Sequence record: PZ452598.1
DNA length: 64,000 nucleotides
Direction: 5' to 3' (one strand)
Source: a phage
The position numbers and the translations under genes were made by a program. Of this stretch, positions 9,455-18,976 are shown one piece after another; positions within the stretch are counted from its first letter, which is position 1; the number at the start of each line of letters is the position of its first letter. The notes beneath the pieces were generated by a model. That model was not told the DNA's origin and ran no database searches. It saw nothing but the letters and a program-made list of their open reading frames with translations.

Positions 9455-9737
9455 TCATATCCTCAATCTGCGATCTAGTAGTCTTCCAAAGAATACTGAT
9501 GAGTTCATCGTTATATGGCTGTTTTAGAATATCCCGACTTTTCTTGATAGCATATTCGTATTGAGCAAAATTATTATTTTCAGCTGCGATCTGAGCGTGC
9601 TTATAAAGACGATTCAGTTCGCGTTTGTTTTTAGACAATAACTTATTTGCTTTTCTTTCTGCTTCAAGACGGTTCTTTTCTTCAATAGAAGAAATAAGCT
9701 TTTCCACTTCATCATTAATTTCGGGTTTATCAGTCAT
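9420..9737 (-). CDS. hypothetical protein (105 aa), basic coiled-coil
   Basis: ORF in packed array. Confidence 0.45.
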   Translation of the reverse strand: MTDKPEINDEVEKLISSIEEKNRLEAERKANKLLSKNKRELNRLYKHAQIAAENNNFAQYEYAIKKSRDILKQPYNDELISILWKTTRSQIEDMIDAYTRKIQAS

Positions 9738-9738
9738 A

Positions 9739-9984
9739 TTATTTCTCTAATATAAAATAAAAATCATCATCTGTTAAATGATACCGATAGTTTAATTCTA
9801 CACCATTAGATTTAAAAGCGGTATCATACGGATTTTCTGGATCAATATCAATGTCAAGAGCTAAAACTTCCCTGAGATACATTTTAAGTAAATAGGGAAT
9901 AGCTTCAACTTCAGGTATTTCTTCCAAGAATCCGGAGAGGTTAATCGTTAGCCTCATATAAAAAATCCAAACTAGGAGAATCAT
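9739..9984 (-). CDS. hypothetical protein (81 aa or shorter)
   Basis: ORF overlapping gp55 3' end; start uncertain. Confidence 0.35.
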
Positions 9985-10498
9985 CTACAACACTTTTCTT
10001 TTCAGCCCCCGGTGTTCTATAGGTTGATTCTTCGTAATGCGTCATTTTATCATAGATGTCTTGAATAAAAGTTTCATCTACTAACGCAACCATATCGTCG
10101 TCACGGCTGTCATAGACATTGTGAACGAAGTAACTATATTTCTTTGCAACTTCCTTACGTTCTTTTTTAATACGTTGGACGAATGCATTAAAACAAGCTT
10201 GAGTTATATACGCATGTGGGTTTTTATATTTCGTTTCATCAAAATTGTGAAGCCCCTTAATAGAAGCTTCTATACCATCTGCAATCATTTCTTGTTTCCA
10301 AGACTGGGTGTATCCTGAAAAGTTGAAACGTTTAGATAAGCCTTCTGCAATAAGCATAATGGCTAATCCGATAGTATCATTCTGACGAACTACTTTATTT
10401 GGGTCTTTATTATTTGCTAATTCTGTTTTCCAATCAATAATAGCTTGTAAAAGCTCTTTATTGTTTACGTAATTATATTTAGGCTTAGTTTCTGACAT
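9941..10498 (-). CDS. 55: late-promoter sigma factor gp55 (185 aa from [17 protein letters not shown])
   Basis: sequence matches recalled T4 gp55; ORF track start two codons upstream. Confidence 0.9.
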
Positions 10499-10580
10499 TT
10501 TCACCTCTTAGCTCAATTCATAGATCTATTATATCATAATATTTGAAGACCTATCTTAAAGCATAGAGGATGAATCAATT

Positions 10581-10796
10581 TCAAGCATTCATCAGATTAG
10601 CCGCTCCAAGAGCTGCATCTAGTGAATCAAATTGGTCAACATATTCAATTAATTCGCCGTAATTAGCGTATAACCACCATTGGCTAAATTCATACTCAAG
10701 GATGAATCCATTTCCTTCAATTTGAGTTAAACCAATGCCATTTGTATTTACTTCATACCCAGCGAGACGTAAATCGTTAATAAGAGCTTCGTTCAT
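10581..10796 (-). CDS. hypothetical protein (71 aa)
   Basis: ORF. Confidence 0.4.
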   Translation of the reverse strand: MNEALINDLRLAGYEVNTNGIGLTQIEGNGFILEYEFSQWWLYANYGELIEYVDQFDSLDAALGAANLMNA

Positions 10797-10798
10797 AA

Positions 10799-11125
10799 TT
10801 ATACCTTAGTAATTTTCAGGTCTGCAAATTTTTTCTTGCGTTGATTTTTCATGCGACGAATAGTTTTATCGGAAATTTCATGCTTTTGATAAGCTTTAGA
10901 TTCTACACCAAAAGCTTTAACATCAAATTCTGACAAGATATATTGAACCAACAATTCACGGACAGTATTGCGTCCAATCTTCTGATCATTCTGTTTCATC
11001 GTTTGATGAAGCTCTTTTTCCCATTTATCCAAAATTTGAGGAGTTACAATATCGCCTTTTTCTAGCAAAGAAACTACTTTATCATATGCGTAAGAATTGA
11101 TGGCGTTTTTAATTTGAATAGTCAT
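10799..11125 (-). CDS. hypothetical protein (108 aa)
   Basis: ORF. Confidence 0.45.
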   Translation of the reverse strand: MTIQIKNAINSYAYDKVVSLLEKGDIVTPQILDKWEKELHQTMKQNDQKIGRNTVRELLVQYILSEFDVKAFGVESKAYQKHEISDKTIRRMKNQRKKKFADLKITKV

Positions 11126-11157
11126 ACATTATCCTCAATTACGTTAAAATTTTATTA

Positions 11158-11179
11158 TCCAAAAAGGGCCGAAGCCCTT
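11158..11179 (-). terminator. intrinsic terminator-like hairpin GGGCUUCGGCCC followed by U5
   Basis: plus aaaaagggccgaagccctt; on minus strand hairpin then UUUUU. Confidence 0.5.
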
Positions 11180-11378
11180 AGCTAAACTTTTTGGCACCCT
11201 TCCAGCCTTCGTACATCATTGCGACTGACAATGACAAAGCTCCTTCACATGCTGCATACTTATTATTCCAGAACCAATTTAGAAAAACTTCATCCTCAAT
11301 ACCGTTGTGTTTCATGTTCTGGAAAAATTTGGCGCGTTCTTCAGCAATTCGCTGCGATAATTTAGATTCAGGATTCAT
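11178..11378 (-). CDS. hypothetical protein (66 aa)
   Basis: ORF. Confidence 0.4.
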   Translation of the reverse strand: MNPESKLSQRIAEERAKFFQNMKHNGIEDEVFLNWFWNNKYAACEGALSLSVAMMYEGWKGAKKFS

Positions 11379-11594
11379 TTAAATTTCCCAATTGCCATTT
11401 TCATCAATAAATTTAATCCAGTCATTTACTGACCACTTGGTCGTATCGCCTTTTGGAGTAACATTTAAAGTGTATAGCCCTTGCTTAAAAAGCATGCGTT
11501 TGATATTCATATTTTCCTCAGCTGTAACGATAACACTCGTTTGATTTACGTTTAGCAACTCGTTGAGAAGTATTATAATCAAAATCATCATCAA
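11379..11594 (-). CDS. hypothetical protein (71 aa)
   Basis: ORF. Confidence 0.4.
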   Translation of the reverse strand: MMMILIIILLNELLNVNQTSVIVTAEENMNIKRMLFKQGLYTLNVTPKGDTTKWSVNDWIKFIDENGNWEI

Positions 11595-11856
11595 TGTAAA
11601 CTGATTTTTTCAACTTTCTTACTTCACCGCGTAATTGACGATTTAACTCATCTTTAACTTCTGAATCAATACCTTTCATTCTACGCCATTTATCTGAGCG
11701 AAAAATGTTTTCAACCATATCTTTATGACTTACCCCATCAGGAGCTTTACGCTTTCCGAAATAGTCATAATCACGCACTTTTAAGTCTTTACGACGATAC
11801 GTTTTACCCATGGAGTTTAATTTCCTTAGCAACTGAACTAAATACAGCACGATCAC
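11518..11856 (-). CDS. hypothetical basic protein (up to 112 aa)
   Basis: ORF; start uncertain. Confidence 0.35.
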   Translation of the reverse strand: MIVLYLVQLLRKLNSMGKTYRRKDLKVRDYDYFGKRKAPDGVSHKDMVENIFRSDKWRRMKGIDSEVKDELNRQLRGEVRKLKKSVYIDDDFDYNTSQRVAKRKSNECYRYS

Positions 11857-11986
11857 AAATCATACGTTTATGTAACTTGAGTATAAGATAGTAAACATCA
11901 AAACCATTTACATAAGTAACACGAACAACATTACCATTCACGAGATAATACTGTCCCTTTTTAATCTCTTTATCAACCACAACCAT
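11804..11986 (-). CDS. hypothetical protein (60 aa)
   Basis: ORF directly downstream of an early promoter. Confidence 0.4.
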   Translation of the reverse strand: MVVVDKEIKKGQYYLVNGNVVRVTYVNGFDVYYLILKLHKRMICDRAVFSSVAKEIKLHG

Positions 11987-12013
11987 ATCAATTCCTCAAA
12001 GGTAATTCATATG

Positions 12014-12048
12014 TTAATAATACCACGGTTTGAACTTGTTGTAAACAA
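12014..12048 (-). promoter_or_regulatory. sigma70-type early promoter (minus strand GTTTAC-N17/18-TATTAT)
   Basis: plus 12041-12046 gtaaac and 12016-12021 ataata; T-even early promoter -35 is GTTTAC. Confidence 0.5.
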
Positions 12049-12120
12049 CTTTGTGAAAAATATTTTAGGGAATGATAAGAAAGGAACGATAGCTTAGAAT
12101 GGTAATATACAGAATGTGAG

Positions 12121-12140
12121 AAAGAAAGGCCCAGAGGGCC
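12121..12140 (-). terminator. hairpin GGCCCUCUGGGCC plus U-rich tail after nrdH
   Basis: inverted repeat ggcccagagggcc immediately 3' of nrdH stop on the transcribed strand. Confidence 0.4.
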
Positions 12141-12144
12141 CGTC

Positions 12145-12453
12145 TTAATCTTCTATGATATCTCTATCATATCCAAGTGAAATGAGAGTTTCTTTGAAGT
12201 GTTTAATGTTCTTTTGTCTAGAATCATTAATGAAAATGACTGGATAACGAATGTTAAGAGATGTGAATCCAGCGCGTTTAGCAAGAGATACAATCAGCGG
12301 ACGATCATACTCAATCTTACCATTATTTGTAAGAACTTTATAGAAAGTAAAAGGAGCATTGAGCTCCTTTAGAAGTTTTGTAACTGATTGACATCCAGGA
12401 CAACGACCTACTTCATCTGGAATTCCATAGACTTCAATCTTATTTTGTTTCAC
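12145..12453 (-). CDS. nrdH: glutaredoxin-like protein NrdH (102 aa)
   Basis: CPGC redox motif near N-terminus (GRCPGCQSV); adjacent to nrdG/nrdD. Confidence 0.75.
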   Translation of the reverse strand: MKQNKIEVYGIPDEVGRCPGCQSVTKLLKELNAPFTFYKVLTNNGKIEYDRPLIVSLAKRAGFTSLNIRYPVIFINDSRQKNIKHFKETLISLGYDRDIIED

Positions 12454-12455
12454 AA

Positions 12456-12668
12456 CTATTCCTTACTAAGAGCAGCATTCAGCTTGTTAGTAATTTTATC
12501 CAGACGCTCATTGAATTCACTAGAAGATAAGCCCTTTTCTGGAGAAATCAAACTAATCACGAAAAATATAGCAATAAAAGGAATAAGGAAAATAGCTCCA
12601 ACTGCCATAAACAGAAAGAATGTTACAGTTGTAAGAAAATCAGCTAAACCTTTACGAAATTTATACAT
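12456..12668 (-). CDS. small membrane protein (70 aa)
   Basis: long hydrophobic segment VTFFLFMAVGAIFLIPFIAIFFVISLI. Confidence 0.45.
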   Translation of the reverse strand: MYKFRKGLADFLTTVTFFLFMAVGAIFLIPFIAIFFVISLISPEKGLSSSEFNERLDKITNKLNAALSKE

Positions 12669-12786
12669 TTACATTTACCTTTAATTGATTAACCAAGCAT
12701 TGATAAGCACTAAACTATACTGCGAATAAAATTCTGGACCAAAATGAAAAATCATATCATTTATAGTATCCATAATGTAATTCAAT

Positions 12787-13257
12787 TTAATCATGTTTCC
12801 ACACCCCATCGGTATTTGACCAAAGTCGCTGATTATCTGATCCTCGCCACAGCTTTTTGGTCGGAAGATTTTTCTCATACTTCCCATCAATAATAACATC
12901 AACATATTTAAGCATTTCTAGTTGTTTAATATCTTCAAACTTATATCCTGTCCACAACCAGATATCTTTCTCCGGAAATCTTGCTTTAACCCAAGAAACT
13001 AAATTTGAAATCTCTTCTCGGTTCTGTGGATAAAGTGGGTCACCGCCGGTTAAGGTAAGGCCTTGGATATACGATTTGCTTAAATGGGACGCAAGTTCTT
13101 TAACGGTATTCATAGTGAATAACTGTCCGTTACGAGCATTCCAAGTACTACGATTATAACAACCTTCGCATTTATGCAAACATCCAGTGACGAAGAGAAC
13201 GACCCTACATCCAGGGCCGTTAACGAAATCGCATGGATAAATTCTATCATAATTCAT
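12787..13257 (-). CDS. nrdG: anaerobic ribonucleotide reductase activating protein NrdG (156 aa from MNYDRIYPCDFVNGPG)
   Basis: radical-SAM style cysteine cluster CxxxCxxC (GCLHKCEGCYN); host NrdG-like N-terminus; ORF track 184-aa version is an upstream extension. Confidence 0.85.
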   Translation of the reverse strand: MNYDRIYPCDFVNGPGCRVVLFVTGCLHKCEGCYNRSTWNARNGQLFTMNTVKELASHLSKSYIQGLTLTGGDPLYPQNREEISNLVSWVKARFPEKDIWLWTGYKFEDIKQLEMLKYVDVIIDGKYEKNLPTKKLWRGSDNQRLWSNTDGVWKHD

Positions 13258-13879
13258 CTTTATATTTCCAAGTATATCCCTTATGAATAGATTGAATTCC
13301 TTTGCAACATTTATAAACAGCAGAATGAAAAAATCCTGCATTTCTTATTTCAGTTGCTCCAGTTAGTTCTATTGTATTTCCGTCTGGTGAATAGCCAATA
13401 ACCGTTTTGGTGTTAAAGCGATTTCTAGAACTATTTTTGATATGCTCTTTATGATTAGTAGACAAAGTTCTTCCTGTTAGCCCATCAGATATCCTTTTTC
13501 CAAAATCATCAGGAAGAGTTACTTTAGACCTAGCTATGCTCATTAGCTTCTTAGTTTTATCGCTTCTTTTTGCGCCACGCTGATTTTCAAATTTCTTAGC
13601 TTTTGCATACGCGTATTGTGAAGAAGTAACTTTTCTATGCTTACTATTACTCATTATCCAATATGCATCATACATCTTTCCACCATATATTTTAGCCAAT
13701 AAATGGTGAGCAGTATAGTGGGCCTTATAAGTTAAAAATACTAAGTTGTCTAAATCATCTGAACCACCCATACTTCTTGGAATTATATGATGAAGTTCAT
13801 ACCCGGCTTTAGTTTGACGGGGCTTAGATGGGTGTTCAGCAGAATTAACTAGATTTGAATAGATTCTGTCATAATTCAT
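13247..13879 (-). CDS. mobC: HNH homing endonuclease (210 aa; mobC-like) inserted between nrdD and nrdG
   Basis: HNH motif ELHHIIPRSMGGSDDLDNLVFLTYKAHYTAH; C-terminal NUMOD-like repeat; overlaps nrdD stop and nrdG start. Confidence 0.65.
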   Translation of the reverse strand: MNYDRIYSNLVNSAEHPSKPRQTKAGYELHHIIPRSMGGSDDLDNLVFLTYKAHYTAHHLLAKIYGGKMYDAYWIMSNSKHRKVTSSQYAYAKAKKFENQRGAKRSDKTKKLMSIARSKVTLPDDFGKRISDGLTGRTLSTNHKEHIKNSSRNRFNTKTVIGYSPDGNTIELTGATEIRNAGFFHSAVYKCCKGIQSIHKGYTWKYKDEL

Positions 13880-15155
13880 TGGTGCTTAACCCTATGCATG
13901 ATTTCTTTATTTTTACCGAGATTAAATCCGCGTTCGTTCGGATTTCCCAAATAACCACATGTTCTTCTTATGGTATTCATCTTTTTAGGATCAGTTTCTC
14001 CACAAATAGAACAAACAAATCCGTTTTCAGTAGGAGTCATTTCATGGGTACTTCCACATGTAAAACATTTATCTACTGGCATATTAACACCAAAATAATC
14101 TAAATGCTGTGCAGCATAATCCCACACGGCCTCAAGACCTTTTAAGTTATTTTTCATATCAGGAAGTTCAACATAAGAAATGTGACCACCTGTCGCAATG
14201 AAATGATATGGCGCTTCACGAGAAATCTTTTCAAACGGAGTAATATTTTCTTCTACTGAAACATGGAAACTGTTAGTGTACCAGCCTTTATCGGTAACAT
14301 CTTTTACGCTTCCATATTTTTCTGTATCGAGTTTACAGAAGCGATAACACAGGTTTTCAGCAGGAGTCGAATATAAACTAAAAGCAAATCCGGTTCTTTC
14401 AGTCCACTGTTTAAGATGAGCATTCATTTTAGTTAAAATTTCTCGTCCAATATCACGACCGACAAGAATATTCAATTCGTGAATACCAATGTATCCTAAA
14501 GACACTGAACTTCTACCGTTTTTAAATAACTCAATTATGTCGTCATCAGGTTTAAGACGAACCCCGAATGCACCTTCTTGGTAAAGAATAGGAGCAACAG
14601 TAGCTTTAACTCCTTTTAAGGAACTAATTCTACACATCAAAGCTTCAAAACATAAATCCATTCGTTCATTAAATAGCTCAACAAATTTCTGTTCATTGAA
14701 CTGTGTTCCAATATAAGAATCTAACGCGATGCGAGGAAGATTCAGTGTTACAACACCAAGATTATTGCGTCCATCAAGAATTTCATTGCCAGTCGAATCT
14801 TTCCATACGCTCAAGAAACTACGGCAACCCATCGGAGAAACAGGAACAGATGAACCAGTGATAGCTTTATTGTTCTTAGCTGAAATAATATCAGGATACA
14901 TCCTTTTGCTTGCGCACTCTAGAGCAAGCTGTTTAATATCATAGTTCGGATCGTCTTTATAAAGATTAACACCTTCTTCAACGAACATAACAAGCTTAGG
15001 GAAAATAGGAGTTATCCCATCACGACCAAGACCTTTAATACGATTTTTCAGAATTGCTTTCTGAATCATTCGTTCAGTCCAGTCAGTTCCCGTACCAAAT
15101 GTAATTGTTACAAAAGGAGTCTGTCCGTTTGAACTGAATAACGTGTTCACTTCAT
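13876..15155 (-). CDS. nrdD: anaerobic ribonucleoside-triphosphate reductase NrdD, exon 2 (C-terminal 425 codons, glycyl radical domain)
   Basis: ORF lacks ATG; C-terminal glycyl radical motif RRTCGYLG and CxxC...C zinc site (CFTCGS...CSICG); joins in frame to exon 1 across intron giving 605 aa. Confidence 0.85.
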
Positions 15156-16188
15156 CAATGTGTTCAGTAGAGTTCGCTACTTCTCTACCCGTTTATATGA
15201 AACAATGTAATTTGGATAATTGTCATCTAAACACAAATCTTTAATACGACTTGGGTGGAGTTTTAAATCTTTAGCAGCATCCACAAATGATTTATAGATA
15301 TTGTCATTTATTTTAACATATTCTGGGACGGGATGAATTGTTATTTTTATATCTATAACATTTGGATGATTACTAACCTGTTCTTCAGAGCATTTAAGAA
15401 ATTTTGCAGCTGATTTAAAACTTCTAAATTTATTTCCGGATTTTAAAGCTATAGAAACAGTCTTTTTAGCCGTTCTACTACCAATATTATTTTTAACATG
15501 AGCTTCACTTCTACTATTATTTTTATAATGCTCAATCAATTTCTCTCGTATCTTATCTTTATGTTTTAAAGATAAGATTTTACCTTTATGGGCATTACTA
15601 AGTTTTTGCTTATGTTCTTCTGAATCCGGATATTTGTTAAATTTATATCCACCTATAGATTTATTAAGAATAAATTCGTTATTAAAATATTTCCTAATAA
15701 GCATTTCTTCATGTTTAAGGGCCGATTCATAAGAATCAAAAACTTGAAGAATTATCCACTTAGCTTTATAATCTTTAAGCTTTTCTTTAACAAGCTTAGA
15801 TGACGAATTGTATTCTTTCCAATTTGTATCTTTACCATATATAGTTTTGAATTTTTTAAAACCTATATAAAAAGACTTATCAGGAAATCTTACCATATAG
15901 GTAAATGCTACAGAATTGGCAATTTTTAAGCTTTTTCTTAATTTCCATTTCATCGTTTCACCTCGTATTCATATTTATACGAGGATAAACAGCTGCATGT
16001 CACCATGCAGTTCAGACTATATCTTCAACTCTTAGAGTTGTCTGCCGTTTCGGGTCGCTTGACCCTACTCCCTTACATTCATCAGGGATAGTCGTTGGGC
16101 ATTTACAGCTACTGCTGATTTAGCAACGGATTGTCTCAGTGAGAGTTTCCCGTTTTAGGCAGATTTTACATGAGCTTGACTTACGTTA
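15156..16188 (-). mobile_element. group I self-splicing intron (1033 nt) in nrdD carrying an endonuclease ORF
   Basis: exon 1 frame hits stop 2 codons past inferred 5' splice site; P1 pairing exon UAUGAGU with intron GCUCAUG; structured GC-rich core 15960-16188; boundaries inferred from pairing plus frame/length, uncertain by a few nt. Confidence 0.75.
15177..15953 (-). CDS. I-TevII: intron-encoded GIY-YIG-type homing endonuclease (258 aa; I-TevII-like)
   Basis: ORF inside intron 3' of catalytic core; N-terminal FTYMVRFPDKSFYIG motif; basic C-terminal DNA-binding region. Confidence 0.7.
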   Translation of the reverse strand: MKWKLRKSLKIANSVAFTYMVRFPDKSFYIGFKKFKTIYGKDTNWKEYNSSSKLVKEKLKDYKAKWIILQVFDSYESALKHEEMLIRKYFNNEFILNKSIGGYKFNKYPDSEEHKQKLSNAHKGKILSLKHKDKIREKLIEHYKNNSRSEAHVKNNIGSRTAKKTVSIALKSGNKFRSFKSAAKFLKCSEEQVSNHPNVIDIKITIHPVPEYVKINDNIYKSFVDAAKDLKLHPSRIKDLCLDDNYPNYIVSYKRVEK

Positions 16189-16726
16189 ACTCATAAGCTT
16201 GGAATGCATCGTATACGTCTTTTTCTGTTTTAGATTGAGCATAATTCAACGCATCAGCGATTTGCCATTTTTCTGCATCCTCAATATGTTTTGCATAGGT
16301 GCGTTTAACATAAGGAGAAAGTACTTTATCTACATTCGCAAAAGTCGTTCCGCCGTATTGGTGAGAAGCAACTTGCGCAGTAATTTGTGCCATAATTGCA
16401 GTAGCAACTCCAATTGATTTAGGAGTTTCAATCTGCGCATTACCAAGCTTAAATCCGTTTTCAAGCATTCCTTTTAAATCTACTAAACAGCAATTAGTAA
16501 ATGGAAGAGCAGGGGAATAATCAATATCATGCACGTGAATAATTCCGCTTTCATGCGCTTTCATAATAAAAGACGGGACCATATTTTTGGCAATGTGTTT
16601 AGACACAATACCAGCCATAAGGTCCCGTTGAGTTGGAAAAACACGAGAATCTTTATTAGCATTCTCGTTTAAAAGGTCTTTATTAGTTTTATGAATTAAT
16701 CCTTCAATTTCTTTTTCAATTGTCAT
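16189..16726 (-). CDS. nrdD: anaerobic ribonucleoside-triphosphate reductase NrdD, exon 1 (N-terminal 179 codons plus 1 nt)
   Basis: starts MTIEKEIEGLIHKTNKDLL; ATG overlaps gene 49 stop; exon ends ...DAFQAYE. Confidence 0.85.
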
Positions 16727-17196
16727 TTTAAACTCTTTCTAAGCTGCTTCTTGAATGAAGCTATTAATTGTGTTTTGGTGTCAGATTCATTATATTCAAA
16801 TCCTCTTTGAAGCATCTCGGCCATCATTTCCTCTTTTCCTAAACGAGAAAATTCCTTTGATTTATCTCCAACAAAGTTAGGGTGAATATTATTTTGGGTG
16901 TAATCGGATTTTAAATAAGTAAGTAAATTTTCTAACCATTCAAGATAATCAACACCTTGTCCCTTTAAGCCAGAACGATTAAATTTATGCTTCATTTGAC
17001 CTTCTGCAGCATTGCATAGATTACAAAGCAATCCACGCACCTTTCCTGCTTTTGGTCCATTTAATTCATGGTCATGGTCGAGGTGATTAGCTTGAACATC
17101 AGGATTTAGTTCTCGTTGGCAAATTAAGCATTTACCGTTTTGTGCATCATAAAATTTCTGTTTTTCTTCTTTGTATAATTTGCCAGTCAATAACAT
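16723..17196 (-). CDS. 49: endonuclease VII (Holliday junction resolvase, 157 aa)
   Basis: zinc-binding cysteines CLICQ...CNLCN and HLDHDHE motif; size 157 aa. Confidence 0.85.
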   Translation of the reverse strand: MLLTGKLYKEEKQKFYDAQNGKCLICQRELNPDVQANHLDHDHELNGPKAGKVRGLLCNLCNAAEGQMKHKFNRSGLKGQGVDYLEWLENLLTYLKSDYTQNNIHPNFVGDKSKEFSRLGKEEMMAEMLQRGFEYNESDTKTQLIASFKKQLRKSLK

Positions 17197-17237
17197 AATA
17201 AACCCTTACCTTAAATAGATAAGGGTATTTATTATTT

Positions 17238-17723
17238 TCAAGTATTGTAAAACATTTGATGCAATCGCTTATATTGCTGAATCATTCGGTCAGAAAAAGA
17301 AATTTGAGTTTCAAGCCATTCAATGTACTCTGCGGCAGCTTGCATTAAATTTCCTTCATAGCCATCGTTATTTTCTTGTGCAGCTAATTTAGCTAATGCG
17401 TATGAAATACGTTCACCTTGAAAATCGGCTTTAGGCTTCTGAACAACTTGATTAGTTCGCTCTACAACTTCTTCAATTTCGCCATTTTCTACTGATTCAG
17501 TATTCCACAAACACCAATACGTAATTGGCTTATCGTAGATGTTAATAATCTTTCCATCAGAAAGTTCAATTTCAATAATTCCAGTGTCAGGCTCTATATC
17601 ATCTTCACATTCTTTTACAAGTTCACGAACTTTAAAGACAGTACCTGCACTAAGTTCCGGCCAGTAATTACACAGCCCTGTATCAGCACGATTAATTCTA
17701 AACCATTTATCTACTGTAATCAT
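17238..17723 (-). CDS. hypothetical protein, 161 aa from MITVDKWF; positional candidate for Lon protease inhibitor Pin
   Basis: position between gene 49 and nrdC; identity by position/size only. Confidence 0.45.
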   Translation of the reverse strand: MITVDKWFRINRADTGLCNYWPELSAGTVFKVRELVKECEDDIEPDTGIIEIELSDGKIINIYDKPITYWCLWNTESVENGEIEEVVERTNQVVQKPKADFQGERISYALAKLAAQENNDGYEGNLMQAAAEYIEWLETQISFSDRMIQQYKRLHQMFYNT

Positions 17724-17846
17724 GTCCCATCTCCATATCAATTAAGTCATTTATCGTTGGTTCATTATACACCGTTTCTTCATCAGTGTAAACCGGTTCT
17801 TCCGGCTCTGGCTCTACAGTTTCCCATCTAGCCGCCCACCAAGGTT

Positions 17847-18167
17847 TTATAGCGTAATCCATTCTCGTACTGTCTGAGTTACTACACGTTCTCGAAGCTC
17901 AACCAGTTCAACAGTAGGAACTGCATAATACCAGTCAGAATGGTAAGAACCTGAGCGAGATTCATTTACAGCCACATGTACATTATGTTTTGGACTAAAA
18001 TAAACACACTGACGATATTGGCATTTACCATCTTGCACCCAGTCTTCTATTTCGATAGGTTTAAGATAGTCGGAAAAATCGAAATCATAGTTTTCCGAAA
18101 ATGCATCATGGTCTTCAATGATTTCGCTCAGAACTGCATCAACATCTAATTTATTTTCAATATTCAT
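17847..18167 (-). CDS. hypothetical protein (106 aa)
   Basis: ORF. Confidence 0.45.
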   Translation of the reverse strand: MNIENKLDVDAVLSEIIEDHDAFSENYDFDFSDYLKPIEIEDWVQDGKCQYRQCVYFSPKHNVHVAVNESRSGSYHSDWYYAVPTVELVELRERVVTQTVREWITL

Positions 18168-18472
18168 TTTTCACACCACCAACTGCTTACTTCAAAATCG
18201 GGTTCGCCATGTTCCCAGAACCAGGGGCCGATAGGAATCCACTTACCTTCATCGGTGACGTCATATTCTTCGGATTTAAGCCCAACGTATCGCCATTCGA
18301 CTTCATAAGCGGTACCACCGATTACAACTGTGTTCTCGCCATACGGGTTAGACACAACAAAGTCTATACCTTCTGCTTTAGCTAACCAAATCATGTATTC
18401 ATAGAGTTTATATTCCAGGTCGCCTTCTGTTCCATCGCCTAGAAAAATAATTTGTTCATTTAATTCTATCAT
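18164..18472 (-). CDS. hypothetical protein (102 aa)
   Basis: ORF with overlapping start/stop to neighbours. Confidence 0.45.
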   Translation of the reverse strand: MIELNEQIIFLGDGTEGDLEYKLYEYMIWLAKAEGIDFVVSNPYGENTVVIGGTAYEVEWRYVGLKSEEYDVTDEGKWIPIGPWFWEHGEPDFEVSSWWCEK

Positions 18473-18732
18473 TTAAAGTATTCCCGCAATTGGTCAAATC
18501 CACCAATATGACTTCCATCAGGAGCAAATACCTGAGGCATTGTTAAGCCGATTTGAGTATCACGACCTAGTTTAGTCAGAAGCTCAGCAATTTTCTCATC
18601 ATCAAAAACACCTTTTTCCGGCATAATGTTGATAAATTCAAACGGCTGTTTCTTCACAGTCAAAAGACGTTTTGCATTATCGCAATACACACATTTATGA
18701 ATGTTGCTATCATAACCATATACTTTAAACAT
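18469..18732 (-). CDS. nrdC: thioredoxin/glutaredoxin NrdC (87 aa)
   Basis: CVYC active-site motif (KCVYCDNAKRLL), 87 aa. Confidence 0.85.
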   Translation of the reverse strand: MFKVYGYDSNIHKCVYCDNAKRLLTVKKQPFEFINIMPEKGVFDDEKIAELLTKLGRDTQIGLTMPQVFAPDGSHIGGFDQLREYFK

Positions 18733-18733
18733 A

Positions 18734-18976
18734 TTATTCCTTAATTCCTAGTACTTGTTTAAAAGTCTCGTCGTAATCAAGACTTTGGCCCGTTTGTTCT
18801 TTATGCTTGTATATAATATCACTTACTTCTGATAGCATATTTTTATATGAACGAGTTAAAGCAGATTTAAGCACGCTGTATCTATCAGGAAATTTACCGT
18901 GTTCATTATAATAAGCTATTGCTAATTCACGGACTGCCTTTTCAGCAGTCTCCATATATTCTTTACGCTTTGTCAT
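18734..18976 (-). CDS. hypothetical protein (80 aa from [13 protein letters not shown])
   Basis: ORF; upstream extension in ORF track overlaps next gene. Confidence 0.4.

Noticed and set aside
12681-12905. 74-aa ORF overlapping the nrdG 3' end
   Set aside because: Most of it overlaps nrdG in another frame; at most a 37-aa ORF from an internal Met (12681-12794) could be real, not supportable by eye.
13258-13341. N-terminal extension of nrdG (184-aa ORF-track version)
   Set aside because: Extension overlaps the HNH gene; MNYDRIYPCDFVNGPG start matches host NrdG N-terminus and gives the expected 156 aa.
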